Shown: positions 10,971 through 24,830, counted from the first letter of the stretch. The stretch is 64,000 nt of DNA from Callorhinchus milii (GCF_018977255.1 NW_024704742.1:54562001-54626000); one strand, 5' to 3'. Notes: generated from the sequence alone by a model not told the origin. A program made the numbers and translations.

Positions 10971-11705
10971 AAATAAAATGTTGAAGATAAAACATGAATT
11001 GGCAAACCAGGAATATTTTGCTTTATTTATTTTGCTCCTAGCCTCCTCATGTGAAGTCTGTATTCAGATGGCTAAGTTTCTGGATGTAATTATTTTCTTG
11101 TTTTTTATTTATTTTTGTGAGAGTGTCCAAGACTGTTTATTCTATATTTATAAAAGTCCACAACAATTTCAGCAAATCCAACCTCCAACACATTAGATAT
11201 AAATTGGAATTGCGGATACCAGGAAACATTTTAGGTAAGCATTGATGAGTGCAACATTGCTTTTCAGATATCTCATTAACATTTATCTGGTTTTGTGTTC
11301 CTTTTCATACAGAAATTATTGTTTAACATATGTTTGTTCTGATATTTCTCTCCTTTCATCTTTGTTTTTTGTATATTCCTATCCATCTTGTTTCTTAATA
11401 CCTCTGTTAGGTATTGAACTCTATGTGCATATCACTATTATTTCTTCTGAGTCACGCAGCAAGACAGCAGTTTATGGATAATAACAGCAAGACCACTTGT
11501 ACATCATTGACTTATGTAACATTCTAGAAATTCATATAGAAGAAATAGACATAGCTCTACAGGAGAAGAAAACCAAACTTATCAAAGAAAAGCATGATTA
11601 TTGTTCTGACTAGGTAACTGGTTTTGAAATGAATTTTCTTTCTTCTTAAAGGTTCTCAGGCCCTCATGGAGGAGAAGAGATTACATGGATAATTTTTTCA
11701 GAGAG

Positions 11706-12824
11706 CCACCTTTGATACTGTGGACCACTCAATCCTCCTCCACCACCTTTCCTCCCACCTCAACCTTCAAGGTTCTGTCCTTGACTGGCTCAGGTCCTAC
11801 CTTTCACACCGCCTCCACTTCTTCTCTGCAAACGGCTTCTACTCCAGCCCCTGCACCGTCTCGTGTGGCGTTCCTCAGAGCTCTGTCCTCGGTCCCCTCC
11901 TCTTTACCCTCTACATGCTCCCCCTTGGTGACATCATCCGCATACATGGGGTAAATTTCCACATGTATGCAGATGATACCCAACTCTATCTCTCTGCCTC
12001 CACCCTCAACTACAAGAATACTGGCGTCCTGACTGCCTGTCCGACATTAAGTCCTAAATGAGGGACAACTTTCTCCAACTGAACGTCAGCAAGACTGAGG
12101 TCCTCCTGATTGGCTCGCACCAGCGAGTTGCACCTCGGGCATTGGCAGCATCAGCCTCCACGGCTGCACACTCAACCTCACTAAACCAGTCAGGAACCTG
12201 GGTGTCTTGTTTGACCCTGAACTGTCCTTTCTCCCCCACATCCACGCCATGACCGGCACTGCCTACCACCACCTCTGCAACATTGCCAGACTCTGCCACT
12301 GCCTCACCCTTCAGATTGCCAAAACCCTCACTCACGCATTCGTCATATCAAAGCTCGATTATGGAAACTCCCTCCTCATCAGCCTTCCCAACTCTTCCTT
12401 TCACAAAGCTGCAGATCATCCAAAATTCTGCAGCTTGTGTACTCTCACGCACCAGGCTCTGCGACCCCATCACTCCCACCCTCGCCCGACTCCACTGGCT
12501 CCCCATTCCCCAGAGGATCAAAATTCAAGATCCTTGTCCTCACTTTCAAGGCCATCCATGGCTTTCAGCCTCTCTGCCCCCACACCCTGGAATTCTATCC
12601 CACAGTCCCTTCGCCTCGCTTCCTCCCTTGCCTCCTTCAAAGCCGGTCTCAAGACCCTCCTCTTCGATCGTGCCTTTGATCTCCCTCCCACCTCTCTGCC
12701 TTCCCTCACTCCTAACCCAACCCCACCCCCATGCTCGGGTCCAGACCCCTGACTGTCCAGCGCCTTGGGACGTCCTCCCGATGTGAAAGGCATTCTTTAA
12801 ATGTCATTTTGTTGTTGTTGTTGT
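11706..12824 (+). mobile_element. L2 LINE, 5'-truncated, RT and C-terminal remnant
   Basis: [24 protein letters not shown]...[17 protein letters not shown]; frameshifted; (TTG)n tail. Confidence 0.96.
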
Positions 12825-13359
12825 AAGTATGACCGGCTGAATAGATTCCTTCTAAACTGTATATTTCTATGGTTCCTTGGCTCAGATCTGTGATCTGTCA
12901 ACGCAACTTCACTGAAAACATGAAACCACATTACATGTGCTAGTTTAGTGCTGATCTGCTTGTACTGTACTGTGGACCTGAACTTTACCTGAAGCGCAGT
13001 ACATAGGACTTCTGGCTCTGACGAGTTGGCTTCCCACCCCAACAAATGGCTCCTTTCAGTTGTCAGGTCACTGCTCACATCAGTTCCTGTTTATTGGGTA
13101 CATGTGTGCTATTTGCAGGAAGTGTTACTTACTGCATATTTGTGTGTGTGCTCTATGAACAGGAAGTGATATCAGTGGTGACCTGATGATCTGGAAGGCA
13201 GCCACTTTTGTATATTTGTTTTTAATGTGGGGATTTGATGATAATGGGTTAACTTAGTGCTCAGTAGCAATCTTCTAAAACCAGCTAAATAAAAATGGAC
13301 AACATGTTAAAGTAAAGATTATTAGAAATATTTACAACAATCCAGCAGAACTTTTAAAA

Positions 13360-13880
13360 TAATAATAATCCTTCCATTTGATATAGTACCTTATCACATC
13401 GTTGAGATGTCTCAAAGCGCATCACAGGATCTTACTGTGCTATGTTGGAGTCCTGTAGCTCAGTGGTTAGAGCACTCGCCTCACAAGCAAGAGACCTGGG
13501 TTTGATTCCCAGCAGGGCAAAACATTAGGCACGTTTCGTACTCCACACGCCTCCTTTTACCTAGCAGTAAGTATGAACCCAGTTGTTAGTCGATTGGCGA
13601 ATTGCTTTTCTGGTGGTAATAATTCCTTCAAAATAAATAATGAATTTATTCATTATTTATCACTAAATTCATGACTGTTTGTGGGACACTGCTGTGTGTA
13701 ATAGGCTGCTGCATTTCGCCCACAAAATATACAGTCAATTCACTTTACAGTATATTCTGTAAAGTGCTTGAGATGTCTTGAAGACGTGATAAGGCATTAT
13801 ATCAAATGCAAGGATTATTTATGTAGTGACTGTGTATTTGTACTGTGTATTTGCAGCAGCCAATTTGAACACAGCATTTA
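13360..13880 (-). mobile_element. Old SINE tail split by a younger SINE
   Basis: Tail at 13360-13445 resumes at 13820 (ATGTAGTGACTGTGTATTTG). Confidence 0.7.
13446..13819 (+). mobile_element. tRNA-Ala-derived SINE, long form, full length
   Basis: A and B boxes, core and tail; TSD TATGT at 13441-13445 and 13820-13824. Confidence 0.95.
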
Positions 13881-14184
13881 TCTGGAGGGATGGAGAGACA
13901 AAAAAAAGGAAATACGGTGTCAACACTGTCACCGCTGCCTTGCCTTCCCCAATAGATATACTTTTGTTTCCAAGACAAAGATAAACCGCTATCTACAAGA
14001 ATTGTTTAATTATTCAGGGAGATAAACCTGTTGAAATAACAGATAGCAATTCTCTGTCAGCAACATAGTAATAGTTGAATGAGCCTGCAACATAATACAA
14101 CGGGAAAAGTATGGAATTCAGATTAGTCTATAGAACCAGTGGAGAAGGTAGCAATAGAAAAGGCTCAATGGACCAAATATAAGT

Positions 14185-14465
14185 TACAATACAATTTGCA
14201 TTTATATAGTGTCTTTCACATTGGGAGAAATTCGCAAAGTGCTTTACACAGCTGGCTGGGCACCTGAGCTAGGTGGGGGATAGAATCTGAAAAGTGGAGA
14301 GGAGAAAAAATGACCAGTAATGCAGCCAAAGAGGTTAGTGTTGAGGTGAGTTCACAAAGTGTGGAGTGAAGAGGATAAGTCACATGGACTCCAGGATGCA
14401 GTTCAAGACAGTGTGTCAAATGGCTGAAAGATTGCCTGCCAATGGTGGGGTGGACAGGGTGAGGG
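14185..14465 (-). mobile_element. Old L2-type 3' tail
   Basis: TTGCATTTATATAG...TTCACATTGGGAG and TGGCTGAAAG...GCCAATGGTGG. Confidence 0.6.
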
Positions 14466-14626
14466 ACATGAAGGACATGAAATAGTCTCCTTCTGTGCTG
14501 TATTTTCTATGCATTTATGATTTTATGAAGATAAAACAAACATCAGCATGTAGTTAAGCAAAATATTTTCTATAAGTTTGAAAACAAAAGGCAACTGAAC
14601 AATGAATACCAGTCTTCTCCAAACAA

Positions 14627-14812
14627 ATAATAATAATAATAATCCTTGCATTTGGTATCGCGCTTTTCACGTCGGGAGGATGTCCCAAAGCGCTTCACAG
14701 AACACACTGTAAAGTGAATTGACTGTATATTTGTGGGCGAACGCAGCAACTAATTGTGCACAGCAATGTCCCACAAACAGTCGTAGATTGAAAATGACCA
14801 ATTTATTATTGT
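14627..14812 (-). mobile_element. SINE 3' half, young subfamily with L2-like tail
   Basis: GGGAGGATGTCCCAAAGCGCTTCAC; (AAT)n. Confidence 0.92.
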
Positions 14813-14995
14813 GCTTATTATTGTGCAAATGACGTACTTGGAATCAACAATATGACCATTGATGGAGACCATCAAAATAACATACATGTCTGCGATCCTA
14901 CGAGATCATTAATATTTGCTAATACAGAGAGGGAAAGGAATAATGGATTACAGTCGATTTTACACACCCAGAAAATCTAATTATAAGTAATCCAT

Positions 14996-15210
14996 ACAAC
15001 AACAACAAAATTACATTTATAGAGCACGCTTCAAGTCGGGAGGACATCCCAAAGCGCTGAACAGTCAGATGTCGGAGCCCGAGCATGGGGGAGGGGTGGT
15101 GTGGGGGTGAGGGAAGGCAGAGAGGTGGGAGGGAGACCAAAGGCACGGTTGAAGAGAAGGATCTTGAGACCGGCCTTGAAGGATGTAAGGGAGGAAGCGA
15201 GGCAAAGGAA
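14996..15210 (-). mobile_element. L2 3' tail
   Basis: Very similar to the reverse complement of 30720-30937. Confidence 0.92.
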
Positions 15211-16176
15211 CCGTGTAAACAAAGCTAACATACGTTCCTTCAATCTTTCAGGCCTCGAAAAATGATCCAGTCCCCTGGGAATTCCTGCGATTTTCAATGC
15301 TACAAAGATATTCTCTCATGTAAACAGTATGTTTCTCAACCATTGTTTTTTTATATCAATAGTTTTCTTAAAGAACCCAGCTGCACAGTTCACTCTTTTT
15401 CTGTGGAAAGGCAACCAGCCAAGCATAAGCTTCCGCATCTATCAAATTGTTTATTTTATTATTGGCTGGCGAGATTTGCCACATGCTTCAATGGATATTT
15501 ATGTCCCCAGAGCAGCTGCGGCTGACTTTGTATATAAGGAAGATTGAGATTTATTTTGATGTTACTGAGTGCCTCTCCTTTTCACAACAATAACGATAGT
15601 TCTCTTCGGTAGCACAACTTTTAAGCTGCATGTTTGGCGCTGAATCAGTCCGACTTCAGTAGCGATTTATCACCAAACACATAGTATAAACAGAGTCTGA
15701 GGTAGCATGGATGGCTGTTGATTGAATTTACAAGGAGGAGTGTGGGTTCAGCAATGATGTAATTTGCACTCACTCAGTATAAACACAGTGAGTGCAAATC
15801 ACAGTCTCTGAGGTTTGTTGAAAGCTCTGTTGCTATGTTTGTAAAGAGCTGTTTGTGGGAAAAAGCTCCTAAAAAATTGAACACAAACACCAGATTTTGG
15901 TGCTCTGGGCATGGGCCAAGATTTGATGGTCTAGATGGTGGTGTTGTGGGGGGTGGGTGGGGCAATCTGATTGTGATTCTCACCGATGTGAAATAGGTGA
16001 TATAAATCGGACTTCCTGTTCCACATGGCTATCTTACCTGGTCATAGCCATAAAGTGGTTTCACTCCCAAAAATATATGTAGGGGTTCTGATTTTCGGTT
16101 TTAATTGATAAACTCCAATTAGCCTCCCACCCTCCACCCCCCACCCCCATACAAAAATAGTAAATAGATGTTTACT

Positions 16177-16554
16177 GTGGAGTCCTGTAGCTCAGTGGTT
16201 AGAGCACTCACCTCGCTAGCGAGAGACCTGTGTTCAATTCTCGGCAGAGCGAAATGTTGGGCAAGTTTCCTTACTCCACACGCCTCTGTTTACCTAGTAG
16301 TGAGTAAGAACCCAGTTGATAGTCGATTGGCGTATCACTTTTCCAGGGGTAATAATTCCTTCAAAAAAATAATAATAATAAATTGGTCCCTTCAACCCAC
16401 GACTGTTTGTGGGACACTGCTGTGTGCAATTGGCTGCAGTGTTTTGCCCACAAATGATACAGTCAATTTGCTTTACAGTATATTCTATGAAGCCCTTTGA
16501 GAAGTCTCGAAGATGTAATAAGGCGCTATATCAAATGCAAGGATTATTATTATT
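16177..16554 (+). mobile_element. tRNA-Ala-derived SINE, long form, full length
   Basis: GTGGAGTCCTGTAGCTCAGTGG head, core, (ATT)n tail. Confidence 0.95.
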
Positions 16555-16771
16555 CAATAAATGGCAGAAATACACCAGAAATATCTGTCCTGACGTAACT
16601 CCAAGATGAGATTTTCTCACTTGCTCGCTCTGCACATACGTTGCTCTCTGCCTCTTCCTTTCTTCCATTTGTGCAGGCATGTCTGATAAAATGTTTGAGA
16701 GGAGAGAGGCACTGCACATTCCTGAAGGTGCCTCTCTCCCCTCCATGTGCACAGGCTCATCTTCTCAGTAC

Positions 16772-16872
16772 AATAGTAATAATCCTTGTATTAATATAGC
16801 GCCTTATCACATCATTGAGAAGTCTCAAAGTACTTCATAGGATATACTGTAAAGTGGATGACTGTGTATTTT
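16772..16872 (-). mobile_element. SINE tail fragment
   Basis: AATAATCCTTG...GCGCCTTATCAC. Confidence 0.8.
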
Positions 16873-17459
16873 GTTTGTGTACAACAACGAAAGCCCTGAA
16901 AACCCTTGATTTGTAAACACATTAAAATTGCTAAAAGAAAATCTAAAAAAAATAAAATTAATAAATCACTCAAATCAGAAGCCTTAAGTATATGTTATTT
17001 GGTCTGGCATGAATTCAGAGATTATTTTGGGAGGATTATCAGACTAAAATGTTTTAGACAGGTGTTCCAGATTAACCACATGCAAATACACCAAATTTGA
17101 TATACTGTGTTTGGGTTCTTGTCTTTCCTGCATCAGAAAGTTTAGACTTACCAGTGTGGAAATCATTCAAGGTTGCCTAGCCAATTAGGTGGTAAATCCA
17201 TACTTTTAGGGAAAAAAATATATGAATTTACAATCAGATCATAAATATATAAATTGAAAGAGTGGAGGACACTGAATCCACTAATGATGTAATTTTACCA
17301 AAAATATTGCCTACCTTTGACCAAATCAAAGCAACATTTGGCCAACCAACCAGCAATTTGTCCATTTCCTCAAGATCCAATCAACCTTTAAGTGCTTCCT
17401 GTGATTATCAATGGAATCCCCTTTACATAATATATACAAGAGCCTCATTTAGGAGAGTT

Positions 17460-17685
17460 TAAAACATCTAAGAGCCATTAAAGCATAGTTTGTCACCAAA
17501 CACAGTGGATGGAAATGATTAAAGTCAAGGCTATTTGGATGGAGGCCTGAATACAGATAGACTTCTGAATATTAAAAGCAAGTAAAGAGAGATTAGATCT
17601 TGTGGCTGATGTGGTGTAAAATACTAACACAGGCTTGACGGACTGAATGAATTGTTTCTGTGCTGTAATGAACTGTGTATTCTAT
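17460..17685 (+). mobile_element. Old CR1 3' end
   Basis: CACAGGCTTGACGGACTGAATG...TTCTGTGCTGTAA...TTCTATG. Confidence 0.5.
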
Positions 17686-17814
17686 GCGATGGAAAATACG
17701 ATGTTTCAGAACATTTGATAATTATCAGTTAGAAAACATTCAAAATTTCCATCAACATATTCCTAAAGACTGACTGACACACTGGTTGTTCATGAAGTTT
17801 TTTATTCCTGCTAA

Positions 17815-17891
17815 CAGACCCAGATTCAAAGCGCTCCGGGACACTACCTCACTTGAAGGACACTATATATAAATGCAAGTTGTTGTTGTTG
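17815..17891 (+). mobile_element. L2 tail remnant
   Basis: AAAGCGCTCCGGGAC...TATAAATGCAAG(TTG)n. Confidence 0.75.
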
Positions 17892-18266
17892 ATTCTTGCT
17901 CCTAACCCAGAGCCAGTGTTTGAGTTAACCTGGTATCCCAAGACATTGTATAGAAATAAGGCAACCGATCACAAGCAACACAATGATTAATTTGACGTCA
18001 GAGAGGAGATGCTTCTATGAAGCTTTAAAATATCAAAATATCTCAAATCTCTTGACAAGTAATAGTAACTGTCTCTGAAGGAAATTCAGTAGCTATTTAT
18101 GTCAACAAAGTTCCATTACCAGCCGAGACGCAAATGACCAAATAATCTTACAGGTAGCTTTGAAATTTCTGAATCACAGCAGGTAACACAATCAGTGGCT
18201 AGTCCAAAATCTTCAAATCATCCAATTTTACATCTGTTAATGGAAACAACTGCTAATCAATGTTAA

Positions 18267-18397
18267 GTAATAATAATAACCCTTGCATTTGATATAGTGC
18301 TTTATCACATCTTCGAGATATCTCAAGGTGCTTCACAGAATATACTGTAAAGTGAATTGACTGTATATTTTGTCGGCAAAATGGGGCAGCCAATTGC
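18267..18397 (-). mobile_element. SINE tail fragment
   Basis: CCTTGCATTTGATATAG...GTAAAGTGAATTGACTG. Confidence 0.88.
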
Positions 18398-18439
18398 CAA
18401 TAATGTAATAATACATTGCTCACACATCACTCCAAAACC

Positions 18440-18730
18440 CGCCGCATTTGCTCAGATAGCACAGGTCTTCTGCCAGTCCTTCGTTCCCTCCGCTCCACCA
18501 TTGGCGGTCATCATTCAGCCACTATACCCCAAATTATTTGAAGATCCCTGTTGCAATCTCTTCATCCCTTCTTTACCAGTCTTCAAACTACACCTGAAGA
18601 TTTTCGTTTTTGACTGTGCCTTCAGTCACCTCCCTTCTCCAATTCAGCATCGGCATCAAACCGTACCATTGTTAAATGCTCTGAGACACTACTCGTGTGA
18701 GGGATGCTATATAAATGCAAGTTGTTTTTG
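18440..18730 (+). mobile_element. Old L2 3' tail
   Basis: CGCTCCACCATTGGCGG...TTCAGCC...GCTATATAAATGCAAGTTG. Confidence 0.7.
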
Positions 18731-20026
18731 TCATGCATTGGTTAAGGCACAGTAGCCTACACTTCACTGAACCTGAAATATTACATTTAGTTAAATATTT
18801 CATAAAAGATAGTCTCTGATTTTCTGAAACCCAGACAGAGCTACCTACAGCAGGAAAACTATATGGTACATAGAATTACAATTGTACAAAACGAAAACAG
18901 GCCATGTGGCCCAAATAGTCCATTCCAGAATTTATATTCCACATATGTCTTGACCTCTCCCTATCGCTCTCCCTTAGCCCTTTATTCTCTTCTCCTTTGT
19001 GCATGCTAATGTTGACCATTGGGTAAAAATTCATTTCAGCATTACACGCATTACCTTTAATGAGATTTTCCATTACCATTGTGCAGTGTCAAAGGTGAGG
19101 TGTGTTGCTGAATGGAATTTTTATCCGCATAATTGCAAAGAATCACTAAAATAGTGGACTGTTGTCATATGTTACAGGATGGCAGAAAAACCTTTAACAA
19201 CTTCGAAAGTGTTTTAGTACAAAACAACATTGGCTTGAATGCTCAAAGGTCAACATTGTTTGAGCTGACTCAATCCCGCCAAGGAAAGCAATCAGGTATT
19301 GATAAGGAACATTTTCTGGTTAGCACAAGAGGAAACATCATGTTCAGAGCTCCAGATGTCTGGCAAGTTTAAACTACTTTTTTCTTTCAATGTAATTTAC
19401 CAGAAAAGTAACTGCAAACCACTGTATGTAAATTGTGTCATAAGCAGAAAAATAATTGTAATCTACAAATTCTCCAACACATTTAGATAAACTCCTATGG
19501 ACTACAGTTGAAAATTTGAAGAGACAGAGAATATGATTGTATTGTTTGAAGTTACAAAGAATCACTAAATTGAATTTATTTTCATTAAGAGGAATGAAAA
19601 TGGCATGAGTTAGATCTTTCAAATAATGAGCAAATATATAGTGGCTAGGAAACAACTTGTTTGCTTTAACTTTCTTTAAATTTAGTCTAGCCTAATCAAA
19701 ACTGCAACCAGCCATATTGTAATAACTCTCATAAACTCAATTGTATTTTCATGGTAACCACAAACGTCAAACTAGGATCTATTGGGGCTTTGATTTACAG
19801 ATTTGAGGAAATGTCTATATCTCCAAGTGTTATTGATGAGACAGATAGGCTGGACAATTACCAACAGTACCACAAATTTAGACCAGCCTGTCGTAGAAAG
19901 TTACAGCCAGCCCAATCCCAGGAAATCAGTTTTCCCCTATCAGAACAGAAGGAAGATATTTTTTCAAGCGTAATACTACACTGGCTGAGCTAAGCTGAAA
20001 CTTTTTTAACTCGTGGATATGAAAAA

Positions 20027-20250
20027 TGGAGGTTCAAAATTCCACGTAGTTCAAGGCCTTAAGATCATTTATCTTAAGATCGCACAGAATTATGAAAAAG
20101 TCTTGAATCATAATTTGTATTTCTGCAGATCTTTAAAAAAGTCAACCTCCAAGATAAGACTTGATTTAAGAATTGTCGACAATTCTGTATGATGTTAAAT
20201 TTTAAGAGAAAAGATTCTTACAGTCAAACAGTAGATCAAATTTCGGACCT
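20027..20250. mobile_element. Foldback MITE-like element, diverged copy
   Basis: Colinear similarity to 29148-29400 (GGAGG..AATTCC, GCACAGAATT.TGAAAA, TCAAC.TCCAA, ATTTAAGAATT). Confidence 0.65.
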
Positions 20251-23200
20251 ATTAATATAATAACTATGTTTGCCAAGAAAAATCGTTCAGCACCTGTTCC
20301 ATGAAATGCTCAAATGTCATTGGTGTATTTCACAGCCCAAGAGACATAATGATGTACTGATGGAAACCATTCACAGCAGTGAACACAGTTGTTGGTTGAA
20401 CTCCCTCAGCACTTGCCAGTAACCCTTGGGTAAATCAATCAAAGAAGAGACTTTTTCAGAGTGAAATCTGTTGCAGGAAATCAGACTTGTGGTTCCTTAA
20501 ACTGTGATAGGGGAAAGTGCTGATCAATTACATGGTTCATTGAAAACCAACAGGAGCCAACACATGTATCCAAAGAATCATCAATCTGTCACAGTAGATA
20601 TTATTTTACTTTGACACTTTTCCTGCTACAGTGCACACAAAATCAAACCGAGCTATTCTTCTTTGCAAAGACAATAAATAACACCCAAGGACGTGTTAGT
20701 GGTTCAATAACTCTATAAACTAGCATTATCTGAACATTTCTCCCTGTTTATTCCCATCATCACACAGTTATTGGTGGTTCACAAGTGGTACAGATTGTTT
20801 AGTACCTATCTGAATTTCTATTCAGTCAACAGTTTCAAAGCAACAGGAGAAATATACTGGAATTTCAATGGAATGCATATTATTACGATTAGCCAGAGAT
20901 TGACAGCTTTGAGACACAGGCTGGTCACCCACACAGTGGATTTACAATGGTCCTGTCTGACTTGGAGCTATAACAGACACCTCCTGTACTTTTATCGTGT
21001 TAAACACACCAGTGTAAAAGGTGAATCAATATTGAGATGATCAGTTCACAGTTCACCAATATGGTCGTGTCTGAAGGTGGTTTGTTGTTTGTCTAAAGAA
21101 TTTGCCAGCTGCAGAGCCAGATTTCTTTATGTAAGTGACAAAATTGATGGTTACATCCACTAAGGCAACATTTCAGAAAGGTGAAACTATGTGCACCAAA
21201 AAGTCAGTATTTTTCTAGTGAAGATTGTTTAAATGTGATGCTGTTTTTTGAGTATCTCACAATTTAAATGAACCATAAACTAGAATGGAACATTAGGGCT
21301 TGAATCATATCCGAATGCCAAGTCTTAGACACAGTTTATATCAGGGGGTAAGATACTGATTTATCCTTATAAATAGTGACATGTTTTATAAGACTTTAGA
21401 GTACGGATTCTTTTAGGCAGAATATCGAAACATCAAACTGTGTAAAATTACACGATCACAGATGAGCCTATTGTAAATATTAGACTCTTGAGTTGATGTT
21501 TAAGTCATTTTGTTCATTTAATATTTCTTTTCCAGTGTTAATCTGATGAGGTGCAAAATTTGCATTCTCCCCAACAAACATTAACTTTTTAGTAAGCAGC
21601 CCACAAGCTTCCTTGATCTGTTATAGTGACTTTATCACTTAAAATTACCCCAGGAGTGGGATTCTAAAATGCATTATCACACCCATTTCCTCTTCAGGAA
21701 TCAAACAAAAAGGCAGCAATCCAATGCTGAAGAACATTCCACTTGTTGGGAGGGGAGCACTGCCGTCGAGTGGCTTTTTATGCCAATGTAAATTAACACA
21801 AGTACAGACTGAAAACATTGCGATCTTTACTCCATTATTACTTTACCACATTATGGAAGTTATTATATTATAAGTCCCATGTGAGACATTTCTATTCAAA
21901 GTTAAATGTCTTATCTTTTCTGTTTATATGCATCTGGAATTAACCTCATTGCTTTTACCAGAACTATACAGAATGCTCCAGGAGTAGCCTGTTCAGAGTT
22001 TTAGACACTTTCATCAATGGTCACTAAGATCATAAAGCTTAGTGATACCATCCTTCAAACACTATTATTCATTGGTGAAATCCAATTAACTTCACTTCTG
22101 ATGAAAACCTCAAGTCTCTGGGAAATTCTTTCAGTTATTCTTCTTTTGAGCAGCATTTTTTCACCTCATTATCTGGGACTCTGGTTGTTGTTCCTCCAGC
22201 AACATGAAGTGGACTTGATTTCCTGAAAGCGCCCACCGAGCACAGAAATATTATAGGAATAAATGAAGCAGTGTGCTGCTAGATGAAAAAAATTATCTTC
22301 TCTCTAAAACATGGCCTGCAAAAGATATGAAAATATTAAAATAAAGAAACCTACGGGTAATATTGCTCTTTAAGCAGACTTTAGATCTCTATAGTTGGGC
22401 CTCTTGATTCGTCTTTCAACATCTGAACAAGTGTGGTCTGAAATTAAACCTCTGATCTAGAACATTTGTAATTTTAATAAAAACAATACAAAATTATCCA
22501 TTTTGCAGACCAAGATCGTATAATTTGAGGCCCAGTCTTATTGAGTTTATGGATTTCAGGGGGGTGGGGGGGGCTGTGTGAGGAGGTTAAATTAGCCCCA
22601 GTTTTCCCGGGATTAGGGAGGGGAAAGCCAACCAGGATTCCTTCTCCCAAGCTCTCTGCAGCAGTCTCTACTTCTTTTATGCGCGTGATCCTGTAACAAT
22701 TATTTTTCTCACTGTGCTCCTTGGTGCTCGAAGCACCGATAACAATAATAAAAATCCTTGTATTTGATATTGCATCGAAATGTCAAAACATTTCAAAGCA
22801 CTTCAACATTAATTGCTGTCAAGTGTAGTGACTGTATATTTGTAGCCCAAAATGAATTGTGTTTATACAATAAAAAGAATGATAGGAAGCAGAAGGATGT
22901 GGTGAGGCAGTTTCAATGGACAGCAGCAAACGGATTGAAATGTCACTTGGTGAAGGGTTATGCCTGATAACCAATCGCACATTCTTATTCCACTTCAATT
23001 TGTTCTTAAATACAGAACCACAGAATGCATATTTTAGTCATAAAAATAATTCTAAAAATGATCAAGTGGGCCATTTAAAAAAGAGATGGAGAATAAAAAT
23101 CCAAGCACTGAAACATGCTAAAAATTTACATTTTAAACATTAATGCACACATGACCTACAACCGCATTAATAATAAAAATAATTGATTTATTTTTATGAA

Positions 23201-23914
23201 ATATCAATGAATTCGTATAATTCAGTAATACCCATATTCGCCAGTGGTATGTTTCATCTTGATTAAATGTCAGAAGCATAGGCTTGAAAAATTACTTTGC
23301 TACACTAGTATTCATCACTACCTAACAGATGATATTGTCAGAATCTGCCAGTACTTAAGACTGAACTCAAACATTATGTGTTCCATCTGCTGGTATGCAG
23401 AAGCAGCAGTAACCGCAAATATGACTCGGAGACAAGATTCGTTCATATTTCTTCATAAGAACATGGGTCTTAAAATGACAGTATCCCTTTTTTGGGGCCT
23501 GTAAGATTGGATTGGAAAACTATCATCCATCCTCCATATGCATCATTTTTCCTCACATCCCTTTTCTGTTATATTAAATGTTCCAACTATTCCACACAGA
23601 TTTCTTTGTCCAATGCAGTGAGAGTTGTCATTTGTTTTCCAAGATAACCAAAAAATTGCAGCTTCATACTTTAACACAGAGAGGTTTGCCCACTGTGTTA
23701 CAGAAGATATGATTCTGACAGGTATAGACTATGAAAATGGATTGCAATCTTTGAATCTCTGATATCTTTCCATTGTATTGTTCCTCTCTCTGATCTGTTC
23801 CTGTGCCTTTGCCTCAATAACTTCACACTGAGATCTCTCTCCACTGAATGTACAATATTGACAATTCTCACACATGTACTTGATTGCACGCATTATTTTC
23901 AGAACAATTATACA

Positions 23915-23975
23915 AGAACAACAAAATGACATTTGTAAGATGCCTTTCACATCAGGAGGATGTCCCAAGGCACTG
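23915..23975 (-). mobile_element. L2 tail remnant
   Basis: GCCTTTCACATCAGGAGGATGTCCCAAGGCACTG. Confidence 0.8.
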
Positions 23976-24019
23976 TATATGACCCAAGTGTACAAGTAGT
24001 TATATACTTGTAGCTCAGA

Positions 24020-24372
24020 TGGTGTCCTGTAGCTTAGTGATTAGAACAATACCCTCGCAAGCGAGAGCACCTGGGTTAAATTTCCAGGCAGGGTGAAATA
24101 ATGGGCAAGTTTCCTTATTCTACACACCTGTTTACCAGCAGTAAGTAGGAAGCCAGTTGTTATTCAATAGTGGATTGCTTTTTCAGGGCTAATAATCCCT
24201 TTTTAAAAAAAATGTGGTCACTCGATCCGTGACTGTTGTGCGTAATTGACTGCTGTGTTTCTCCCACATATTATAGTCAATTCACTTTACAATATATCCT
24301 GTGAAGCTCTTTGAGCTTTCTTGAAGTCGTGACAAGGTGCTATATCAAATGCAAGGATTAGTATTATTATAT
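24020..24372 (+). mobile_element. tRNA-Ala-derived SINE, long form, diverged
   Basis: Head, core and tail all present. Confidence 0.9.
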
Positions 24373-24529
24373 TCCAATCTAAAATTATGTTTATACATAA
24401 CATTGTGGTTTACAGCATGGAAATTGCCTTCCAAACCTGTCTGGATTCAGAAGGGGTACCAGTACCTCTGAGACACCCAGCTATTACTTCCACCTATTTA
24501 ATAAAGCTCACTTAAGAACAATTCTCTGC

Positions 24530-24830
24530 TTTCTTCCCTTCAGTCAATTCTGAATCCTTGTCCACGTCTTGCCCTTGATACTCAATGACCACAGTTATGT
24601 GGTAGTTTGTTGAATGCATTTTAAATGTCTAGATATACTGCATCATATGCTTCTCATAGTCAATTGGGCTACCACCTCCTCAAAAAAGTCTGTGAGGTTA
24701 GTCAGACAAGGTCTACCCTTTCTGAACCCATATTGTTATTTATTCGATTATTTTTATACAAGTAATCTTCCATTTTGATCCTGATGATTGACTATCATTT
24801 TCTAAATGTTAAGGTTAGGCTAAAGGGTCG
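24530..24830 (-). mobile_element. CR1 RT fragment
   Basis: Minus strand reads QYGFRKGRPCLTNLTDFFEEVV. Confidence 0.75.

Noticed and set aside
19751..19993. 80-aa ORF with an acceptor-like TTTACAG
   Set aside because: No recognisable homology or good donor; the distal part resembles a degraded repeat
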